DNA of 64,000 bases from a virus, in the IMG/VR virus record IMGVR_UViG_3300027976_000020, positions 1 through 64,000 of that record. One strand, given 5' to 3'. Within the stretch, counting starts at the first letter, position 1; the number at the start of each line of letters is the position of its first letter. Shown here in pieces: positions 9,500 through 21,400 of this stretch. The translations under genes and the position numbers were made by a program. The notes beneath the pieces are model-generated. The model did no database searches. It was not told where the DNA came from and was given only the letters and a program-made list of their open reading frames with translations.

Positions 9500-12400
9500 T
9501 TATTCGCCCCGTAAAAACCTTGCGGCATCTGTGTCAGTATCTTGCAATGCAACTCCGTTGCTTGGTGTTCCGGCACCGGGTGCATACCATGTGACACCAC
9601 GTTGAACCAAGATAGTAATCTCGGCCCCGTCTGCTGGCGCAGTGTCAAACAACACAGTTACCGGATTTTCGTTAGTAACTGTGTATCCGGCTGTTTGCAA
9701 CGTGCCGCCTACATACACTTCGATTGCTTCAATATCAACAGTACTATCAGCACCTGACACATCTATCAGCGAAGCAACAAATGATGTTGTTACACCATTG
9801 CCAAGATTTATACCCGACACCAATGGATAAGGTACGGTGGACACAATATAGTTTTGATATTGTGATTCTAATAGATTACCACGACTGATGTTGTAAACGT
9901 CTGTGTTTATGGCATGGCTGGCTGCGCCTGTTCCTGCTGTGCCGCGACGTAATCCACTTACAGTATTGGCATTGGTGTCACGAGTACGGTACATAATTCG
10001 TTCGCCATCTATAGTCAACAGTCCCCAAATATTGCTAGTTAAATTTGGTTGATTAAGTGCAGCAGCGTTGTAAACATGAATTGTATCGTCAGTGGCACTC
10101 AATGCCTGAGTCAAGTATGTTGTGGTTGCTGAAGTAATTCGATAAGTTGCTTGGACTTTGCGCATGTCTTGGAATATGCGGAATGCCATTGCTGCCGGAG
10201 CAATACTTAAAGTAAACTCGGTAATCATCACAGTATCCGTAGCCGACAATGTGTATCCACCTGCTAGTACAATTTCGTTGTTGACAATTGTGTAATCAAC
10301 ATTGTTGAATATCAAGCGACCGTTCAATGTGACAAACAATCGATCTGGATCTGTGTTTGTATGGTCCAAGAATAAGTTGTTGAGTGATACTGCTTGTGTT
10401 GCACTGTAATCAAATGTTCCAGCTTCGTTGATCACTATGCCAACATCAAAGTTCAAACTATCAAATGGTTCTGTCAGCGTTTGTGTGCCGCCCACCGGAC
10501 CAACATACACTTGTGTCAACAAATCTTGCTGACGAGTGTCATTCCAACTTATTACGGAAATAATTTCACCAGTGACTGGCACAAGGCCACCGTACTGGTT
10601 AAACAACAGTTGGTCTCCGTTTATCACTGCTTGTGCATTGGTTGTTACACAAATTAAAATCTTTTCGCCATCTGATGGTGTTGTAGCAAATATTACAGAA
10701 CGAGGCGTTTCTGTATCATACGGCTCTACCAGGTAATCAATATTAAGAATCAACGGAACATCGTTCATGTATACACGAACTTCGTTATCGGCAATCAAGG
10801 CTTGACTAAATCCCAACCGCTGCGGTAACAAATATTCACTTGTGCCGTCGGCCAAGTATTGTGCGCCAGCAGCAGTTCTAACACGACGGCCACCAACGCT
10901 GACGTAGACATTGTCTGGGTTGGTATACTCCATGTTGTAATTTACTGTGTAACTGTATTGATTGGTGACACCTGTAATATTTTGAGTAACCGGAAGTGCC
11001 CAGCTATAATCTACTGTAGCATTATCAACAGTTGTTAATCCAATGGCCCCGATCATCAAATAATCAGCTGCAGTATAAGTTTCTCCAAATGTCAACAATG
11101 TGCTTGTGGTGCCATTGCTGGCATAGGTGTAATTGATAGTTAAACTGCCATTGACAAATATAACAAACTCTTCAATCAACGAAAATTGAACAGGAACTAC
11201 CAACAAGTTTCCAACTTCGTCGCCGTTGAACGAACGCTTGAGTAACTGGTTTCCGCCACCAATTTCATATAGCGACAGTGATATCACTTGACCTACATTT
11301 ACATCATTGCTGGTTATTGTTATAGTTTGATTTGCCCAATTGGCTGTGTAATCTACGTTACGATACAACACCAACCCAGTTGTTTGATTTACTACAAACA
11401 TTGTAGCAGGGGTTGTTTCTAATCCAGCAAAACTAAATGTTTCCTGAAGTGTTGTTACCTTGTATTTTTGTAGTTCAATGCGGAAACCATGTCCATCACG
11501 CGCCCAGTCTGCACCTGGTGTTGTGTAAACGCGCATATCCAGCGTGTCAAACTCGCTGCCGGGCACTAGTTCTTCTGGAGCATAACTTGAATATGTGTCA
11601 ATATATTCTCCGCCATCTGCGTTGATGCTGGTGGCCAGCGTTCCCAAATACGGATCGTTATATGGGCTTTCGTAAATAGCATCCAATATAGTTTGATCGT
11701 AAGTGGGTTTTCCTTCCGGACCATATGTTAAATTATCAAAAGGTGTTGTGTCAAACGGTGCCAAGTCAAAGCCTGGGTATTGGTCATATCCTACTCCGAA
11801 CATTTGTACGCCTGGGTATTCAACTCCGTCAATCAGCAATGGTAAACTTAATCCGGGCTCGTTGACAGTAGGAGTATAAAATCCCATTGTACGATCAACG
11901 CCGCTCAGCAAAGCAGGGCTAACTATTGTCCACTGATCTGGATCAAAGGTACTACTTTGAATTCCTGGGCTGTCATCGGCATCAGCTTGCCACACACGAT
12001 TTAAATAACGCACTTGTGTGCCATTGTCGTAGTTTGCGTCAGCTTGCCATTCAACAATATCAGACGAGTATTCGTATCTGTCGTACTTGATTCTGGTAGT
12101 GACTTGGCGAACCAACTCATTGCCCATTGTTACTGCGGCAGCTGCGCCTGTACCGTTGCCACCAGTAAATGTTATTGTAGCAGTGGTTGTGTAGCTGCTG
12201 CCATAATTGTCAATTGTAACTCCGGTGACCTGGCCTGCGCCGTTGATTATAGCAGTCATTTCTGCTTGTTCAACACTGTTGCCAGTCACTGTGATTGTTG
12301 GCGCAACTGTGTAACCAGTGCCGCCGCTTGTAATAACAACGCTTTGAATACTCAATGTGTGATTGGCGTACCATTCGTCCCATGGCGTTTGTGCCCACAC

Positions 12401-15400
12401 TGTTGAGTTGGACAATGTGTCAGCATTAAAGTTTGTATTGCTGACCGCCGTTGACTGTGTGTATGGCAACAATACTGGGCTAATAAATTCCGGAACAGTT
12501 AATGTTGAATCCCAGTATGATGGTATGTCAAAGTCGGTTACTGACCCAGGGAAAGCATCGTTGCCGTTGTAAGACAAATTAAACTCACGAATTTGTGTGT
12601 GGTAAGGTTTAACTTCTTGTATATAGTTCAATACAAAATCTTGATTGTCTTGGTTGTAAAACTGGTACGGTAACAAATTGCGGATCTTGTGATCTACATC
12701 AATCAAACTGGTTTTGATTAACCATTCGGGTGCTGCAAATTCGCTCATTATATATTCAAACACCAGTGTCAACGCACGGTTACGTTCAATCAACAATTCA
12801 TCAACAAACAACTGTTCGTTAATTGCTTGAATAATCTTGCGAGTTTCAATCACCGGCTCTTGATCAAAATATTGTGCATCAAATACTTCTACGTCAAACC
12901 CAAAATTGCCAGCAGCATAATTCCATAATGACTTGCTGAATTCAATTGTGCCATCCTCTAAGCCTACACGATCCCATCCAAGATCGGTACGTTGATAAAT
13001 TTCAAATTTGCCTGTTCCCAGTGCGTTGGTTACTTTAACGCTGGCACCCACTGGTGCAGTGTTTAACGTTAGTGCAGACAGTCCGGCGTAGTTTGATACT
13101 GTGGCCACAGGGTTTAGATTTTTATTATAGCCAATCAAGTACCAGTCAATGTAACTCCAGTAACGACGTGTGTCGTAGTTTTGCACACGAATCAAAGTTA
13201 ACTTTCTTGATCCAAATAGTGATCCTGCAACAACGTCGTATATTGTCCAAAACCCAGAATTGGTTGAATCAGACACTACCAAATATTTGTATCCATAAGG
13301 CACAATACTTAAATTTTGATAACTCAATTCATCTAGGTTGGCAATACGCTTGTTCCACGCACCTGAGCTGGCCGACGGCTCAGGCTCTCTGCTGTTGAGT
13401 ATTGTAAAGTTCTTTGTTTCGCTAACAGGATACTGTGCCACAACTGTGTTGGCTCGTCCAAGATAATTTTCCAATGCCAAGAAACGATCAACAAACATGC
13501 TTTGACGTGGGCGGAATTCAACACCATAGCGCATTGCTGGACTCAATTCAGCATCTGGCACATTGGCGCCCAACAGGTTGATACCAGAGAAACTGTCTTG
13601 TAGTTTTAAGTATAAACTATCGCTTAGGAAACTGTTGCTGCGCCCGGCAGCAATTAATTCGTATTCTTGGTGTACATTGTCGTCATTTACCAAACGATCG
13701 TATTCGATATGCAAAATTGTGTCTTGAGCACTTACCAAATCAAGCACATTGTATATTGCAACGGTGCTTGCATCCAATGGTGCAAGATATGCAATACCAC
13801 TGGCACGTGGATATTCAATATAGTTGGCAATTGCAGTGGTGCTGAGTTTTTTGCCTGCTGCAGTATTGACTGTAGAAATATTTCTTACCCAGAAATAATA
13901 ACGAGTAGCAAAAATATTTTCAGAATTTAATTCAGCACGAGTAGTAAAACTCAAGAAGCTCAATGGAGTTCCTGGGCCTGTATAGTTAGAAGGTGTTACA
14001 TCACTTTCGATCCACTGATAAACGTCAATACGGCTGCCCGGGAATGTCTGTCCCCATCGACGGCTTGCGTAAACAATATCGTCTTGATTTGGATCAATGA
14101 AACGAACTGAGTTGGTGTCCCACCAAATTTGACCAACTCTTAAAGCACTCCACGGATTGCCAACATTATGAATCGGGCCATTGCTGTAATTTGCAGGATC
14201 CACTGCACCAATGTAATCAATGTTTTCACGGGCAACACCAAGTATCTTGCCTTGCAATGGATTGAAGAAATCCAAATAACTAGTAACTTGTGATTCTAAT
14301 TTATCATACATGTAAACAGAATTCAGCAAAGCAACATCTACCACGGGTGTTTGCTGATGTTTCACTGCCCATGCTTGTTTGCGTTCAGGGTTGTCAAATA
14401 TAACAACTTGACCAAAATTAGCAAATTGGCTGTCTTCTAGATCGTTACCAGGAGCGCCAACCAACAGTTTGCTTGTTACGTAACTGAGTCCTGTTCCGTA
14501 GTTGTCCAGCTCGTTGGTTTTGTTGTTGTACAATTGTTGGCCAAACACAAACTTGCCAGGGTCGGTCACTGTGTCTGTTGCACTTGGCAAATAATCAAAT
14601 GTGTACGCTACGCCACTTTGTACGATTGTAGTTGAGAATATTGTGCTACGGTCATCAAAGTAAGTTGCATTGGCATCAAATGTAACTGGCTGATACATGT
14701 TGCCATTTGGCGCGCCAACAACCAAAGTTGATGCAGTTGAGTCAACAGTCAGACTAGCACCAAAGCGAGCAAATTGGCTTGGATTTGGACTTGTGATAGT
14801 TTGTGTATATGAATAGTTCACAAAGCCAATGTTGACAAACGCTGTGCCAGTAAGCCCAGGCAATACGTTCAATTTTGTTCCTGGCAATGCAGCAGCAGAG
14901 TTTATAACACTGATAGTCAATATGCCAGACACTACACGAATTATAGTTCCGCTGGCCGGTGTGCTACCAAATGTAACAATGCCAGTAGTGTTGTTGTAAG
15001 TGTAATTGACATTTATTGTTTGCAACACAGTGTCGGCGTATACCACTAGCGTATAGCTGTTGTATTTTGAATATGTTACACCAATGTCAAACGTTTTTAC
15101 AAGTCCGTTGGCGGTAAAGTACACATCGTCGCTGACTGCGGCTGTGACGTTTGGAATACCAATTCCGTCATTCAACGCAGCAATTGCTGTAACTAATCCT
15201 GCTACATTGTTGTTGGGAATTGCTGGTACAGCAACTTGATAATTGTTGACGCGAATTGTATCTCCTGCTGTTAAACTTGGATTTGCAACAGGTGATGAAA
15301 TTATTCCGTACACACGAGCTTGATTAACGTTGCGCTGTACTGCGCCAGTGTCATCGTTGGCATTTTGCGGTGCACCCGAATAAATGCTACAGTTTGTTGA

Positions 15401-18400
15401 GCATAAATCTACATCCCATCCAAATTGTGCTTGATAAATTGGCGTGTTGTCTGCTGTTTGATTAACAGTATCCCATGTGGATGTAGTTACAATTTGCTGC
15501 ACTTGATTGAATATGTTGCTTTCAATTTCAACAATGTCGCCGACTGTCAATACAACAGCACTGGTCAATACAACATCGCTGCCAACTATGTTGAATCCAC
15601 CGTTGATGTATTGTGCAGCATTGGTCAAGAACACATTGTTGATCAATACGCTAACAGGCGCTGCAGACCCTGACGGCAATGCAAAAGTTGTTGTGCCAGT
15701 TTCGTTTATACCAATTTGGTATCTCAACACACTACGATCGTAAACATATGTGCTGCCTGACTCCAACGTGCTAACAATGGTTGTTGGAGCACCAATTACA
15801 ACTTGACGTCCGTCGGTTGAAGCAGCAACACTATAACCAAAGTTGGCGCTGCCTGCTGGACCAGCAATTTTGTCAATGTATCTGAAATATGTTTTGGCTA
15901 ATGCATTGATTATAGCACCAGCAGCTGGATTGGATCCAGCTTCAAATGTAACTGTTGTTCCGGTAAATGTATAATCAATGTACGGACGCTGTACCAAGCC
16001 GTTGACTATCAATGTAAACGAGTTGGTGGTGGTTGCAGTATACAAATACTCTGCTAAATCAAAGTTACTTGTATTGTCAACGCCAGACCCAGCAGTAGTA
16101 AATGTAACAATGCCGCCAACGGTCACAGTTGATACTGTGACAACCAAATCATTTGCGGGTGATGTTCCACCACCAATGCTGGCAGCATTGATTGTAACAG
16201 TGTCGCCTATGGAATAATCCAAGCCAGGTGCAGTCAACTGCACAGCATATGTTCCGCGAGTACGGTCAACTGTGAATTTTGCTTGTGAACCTGCCCCAGA
16301 TGTGGAATCTTGCGTTACGCTGTAATAAACTTGATGATCAAGCTGAGTGGCTTCGCGACGTGCAATTACAATTGTTAATCTAGATTCCGGAGCAGTAGTA
16401 AACAATACTGCATTTGCACTTAATGTATAATCAACACCTTCTATTTGTGCAGTATTGTTAACAACAACTACCATTTGACCTGGTTGTGTGTAATCAACAA
16501 TAATATTGTCTGAAAATGCATATTGCTGAGTTGTGCCATCTGATGTGTATGTAACTGACTGCGGTGCTGAGTCAGCACGCCCGTATGCATAAACTGCATT
16601 TTCGGCAGGTGCTCCAACATAAACAATACGTTCGTCTTTGCTTATTGCAACTGATGTGCCAAAACTTCCTGCACTAGCAGCATAGTCCGGTGCAACCAAC
16701 AATTGAGGCTGTGTAAACGCGCCCGAAGCAGACCGGTTGATAATTGATGCATACCCAACACCGCCGAAGCTGAGACTTGCTCCTGCCACTGCCCAAGTTT
16801 TATTACCAAAATCAATATTGTTTCCGTAACCCAACGTTCCGGGTGCAGTTAAGAACAACAAACTATCTTCAACGTATTCCCCAGCAGTGCCGCGCTGGTA
16901 AGGATATACTGCACCTGTTGCTGTGCTGGTCGAGTCATTGTAATAAGCAGGTGCGCCTACTAGTGCAGCAAGATTGTCATATGTTTGTGCAACACTTGTA
17001 CCGTAACCAGTATTTTCTACAGGCAGATTCTGTGTTAAAGAATAGTTGTCAGCAAAGACATCTTGTTTCTCTAACACTTCCCATAACCCAGTGCCGTTGT
17101 TGTCAACCCAGGCCAGTGCGCCAGGCATCATGTCATCAGCGTATGATAATGAAGCAATGTCACTTGCTTGCGACACACGCATTGTGTCAAGATAAAACGC
17201 TAACCCAGACCCGGTTGCAGTGGTTTGATTGGTGTTGGGGAATGAATACGCTACTGTCAATGTAGTCGGTGTTGGTGTTGTTAGCACACGGAATACTCCG
17301 TTGACTGACTCGTTGAAGAAACGCACAATCAACAAATTGCCGCGCGTTAAATTGTGTATTGCTGAGAATGCAAATAAACTTGTTCCGTCTAGATTATCAC
17401 TGACACGAGTAATTTTTCCAGGTGTTTGTGTTGCACGGTATACATTCCAGTCAACACTATTTGTTTTGGCTACCCAAATGCGTGTTCCTGCGCCAATGTT
17501 GTTGAGCTCTGCTGCAATAGAACTTGGATCGTCTAATGAAAATACTGTGATATCAACATCATCAATGTTTACATAACCTGCACTGGGCAAAGCTGTGTCC
17601 GTGATAGTAGATGTTGTTGTGGGAAGAACATTGGTTGATGTTAATTTGTAGCTTTGGTTCCATACATCATTCAAGTATACAGTTTGATTTGCTACACTTG
17701 TTTCACCAACATCAACAACTTGAATTGTTGATGGATCACTTTGTAACAACGCTTCGTTCAGTTGCAATTCAAAATAGCTACGGTTTGCATTGGCTCCGTA
17801 TGTGCCACGGCGGATAGCCCAGTTTTCGTAGATCTGATAATCAGCAACTTCCTTGCCAAGGTTTGCACCTGTGAATATTTCAGCAGCAAGCGTTGTGCCT
17901 TTGGTGCCAATGAATTGTTGATATAGATTAACTTGGCTTGTGTCGTCAAGATTCAACGCAACCATATAGTCCCGTGGCTGGAATCCAATCAATCCAAAAC
18001 TTAATAAATCAGTATCACGCTCTAAGTTGGTTGTTTGTGTATTGTAACTATTGGCCAGTTGGTCTGCTTTGTTGGCAATGTTGGGCAATAGGCCTTTTTG
18101 TATTTTTGTGTAATCGCTCTTGACCCAGTCAGAGTAAACAAATTCTCTCTTTGGTTGCACAATTGTCTGTGCTGACCAGTAATTGTTTTTAAAGTTTACA
18201 ATTTCGCCTTTGGCGTACTTGCGATTTGATACCCAGTTTTGAACATTGTCCTGATTAAGAATAAAGCCCTGGGCATTCAATGTTCCTTCCCACTCAGTGG
18301 TGGTCATTGCCACCACATTGATACGATTTTGTCTCGCAGCAGTTGTTGGGTTATAAATTAAATCGTTAAAGATACTGACATTGTCAAGAATTACAAGATT

Positions 18401-21400
18401 TTCATAACTTGTGTAACGCAAGTTGGCATACGCAATTGCTTGGCCATTGGTGCTGGTAACACTAAATCTATTTTCTAAACGTTCAATAGTTAAATTTCTA
18501 GCATCAAACGGCAAGCGGTTTTGATCCAACATTATATTTTCAATGTTTTGCATCATGACATTGTCAATTACTGCACCTGGTTTTTCAGCAATCAATTGAT
18601 TTGCTGCAGGGTTTAAATTGATTAAACTATTAAGTCCCCATCCTTGGTTGGCCCAGTATAAAAATTCTCTTGCCATTTGTTGCCAGTCGAGCGGATATCC
18701 ATTTTCTCTGTCTTCGCCGAAAATCAATCCTTGAGTGGTCAAGTATTGCCCGTAACTTAACAAAAAGTCAACCAATGACGATTGATTTGTGAATACAAAT
18801 CCGTACGGCACTTGCACAACATCTGTTGAGTACTGTTTTGGTACACGAACCACACTGCCACCTGCTGAAACTGTTTGCAATTGACCATTGGCACGGCTGG
18901 CCAATATATTAAAATATGCGTCAGTGGTGCTGTATCCAAGCACAGCATATCCGTTTTCAACTGCTTGCACAATAACAGCGCTGTACGCAATTGAACTAAA
19001 CGGCACGTTCTTGTACAACATCAAGTTGTAACTTTCGTCTGGCAATAACAAACTAGAATTTTGACTGTCAGGGCTAGAACGCTCGGTATATACTTTGAGA
19101 TATTGCTTGTCTGTAAAACTGGCTGTTCTCCAGCATAGGCGCACATCAAGACTTGCCAACGCATCTTCTAACGCGTCAGTTGAATTGATACCCAACTGTT
19201 GATTGTAATCAACTATCCAGTTGATATAACTTGCTTTGCTAACAGGAGTCACTGTCCCATTGGTCGAAACATTGCCGCCATAAACTTGAACACCATTGGC
19301 ATCCAATCTATAACGTCCGTTGTATAGATATTGGCCAAGGTCGGTGTCGTATTTGTAAAGGTCGCGGTCAGCAAACAAGCTGAAGAATTCTGCAGGACGT
19401 GTCAGTGCCAATAACCGCATAACTGCAAATGGATAGCTACTGCTTGTCCACCATGCAGCTTCAGCGGGGCCGCCATCGCCTACTATCCAGCTCTTACGGA
19501 AAGCATTGGGATTGTATGATCCAACTACGCTTTGCAGTGGTGACAGCAATGCACCTTCAGAGCCAGAAGGAATAAAATATGTTGACAAGTTTGGACGCTT
19601 GTATTTTTCAATCACATAAGGTGCCAGTGGGTCAGCCACATACCCAGCTTGAATGTCATCCCACAATATCAAGTTATCACTTGTGTAAGGAACAGGGCCA
19701 TACCGGTTGGCCCACCATGTAGGCTGTTGACTGAACCCAAGCATTTCCCACGGTGTAGTAGATGGACTCAATGTATCATAAAAGTCTCTGTAAATTCCTC
19801 GCCATGCTCCGAGCAATGGCTCATTTTTTTGTTTGTCGCCTGCTTGGTCGTAGTTGTATGTGAACTCGTTACTACTGATATATTGTTGAGTTTTAAAGTC
19901 AATCTTGTTTTGGCCAATCCAGGTTAAGAAACTTTCACTGAGTATATTTGTAATTTCAGCAGCAGTGTAATCTGTTGTTCTGAAGTATCCGGGTATTACA
20001 TTATCTGCAACAAGTGGCACTGGATTGTTTTGAGTTTTTAAGTTGTTAAACACTCTACGTTCAAATTCCAACAACACATCGTCGCGCAGGTCACCAAATG
20101 CAGCAGTGATACTGCCGTCGTGTCCACGAATTACGTTTGTAGGATTAACATAGTTTGTATCCAAAAACATTTCAGGCTTGTAAGCTCCGTACAATCCCAG
20201 CTTGGTAGGTGTATTGGGAACAAAACTTCCGGTGGTGGTGGTGTACTCGCGAATTGTAACTATGTCTCCAACCGCTAGTGTTGCAGAAACATTGATACGT
20301 GGTCCATCTGTGGCCACTGTGTAATTGTAGTTTAATGTCAGCAAGTTACCATTTAGATAAACCAACACACCTAAAAAGTTAGCAGATGTAAACGTATATG
20401 TTTGAACAGTATCAAACACACCTGTGGTGATTGGAGTAACAGTGTGATTTACTTCTGTATAAACACTTCCGCTTGGAATCATGTCGCTGTAGAAGAAACT
20501 GTTTACAGTTGATTTGCCCAGACTCATATCTGTAATAATAGAATCAAGAATCTGGCTTGTTGTGTATGTGCCCCATTCACTTAGAATAGAATTTTCTAAC
20601 ATTCTATTTTTAAATTTATTATATTCTCTATCGTTAAACTCTAATGATTTAAATATATTATACTCAGGTTCTCTCATAAAAAAGCCAGCCAGCGTTGCTG
20701 GAGAACTTTGTTGTAATATTGTTGTGCCATATTGGCTGATATTACCCAAGTCACGAGTATTGTTGGAACCGTTTATTTTACCTGAAAAATCTATTAGATT
20801 TTCTGCAATACTTTCGTAATGTGTTCGTACTGTGCCAAGTGTAAACGAACTACTATTTGCGTTGAACGGATTATTTTCTAAGTTAACAGGAACTTTGTAG
20901 AATCCTGTTTTGCTGACTTGATTGCTCAGTGCTTGCACTTCAATTACTGAGCCGGGAAGATAAATTTTATCAAGCGTAATTACAGTTGTGGCAGCATTTC
21001 TTGTAACTGTGTAATCGCCTGGCAATACAAATTCATTTGCCACATACAATAAAATTGGAGGAACTACTGTGTTTTCAGAAACAACAATGTCCAATTGTAA
21101 AGACCGGCCGTCATATGTGAATTGGAACTGCTGACGAATTTGACTTGGTGCAACTGCAACTTCCCAACCAATGTTGCGCGAATACAAAACACGGTCTGCA
21201 TACTGGTATACAAAACCAGCACTGACATTGCCAACAACACCAGATGTACCAGTTACATAGTTAAATGTATCAACGTATAAGTTGTTATCAAACACAATAT
21301 CGCCAATGTTGGCAAGACTCAAATAACGAATCGGAAATGCCAACACAGGGTCTGCTGTTCCTGTGCCTGTTGCATAGCTGAATAGTTTACTGCCAACAAA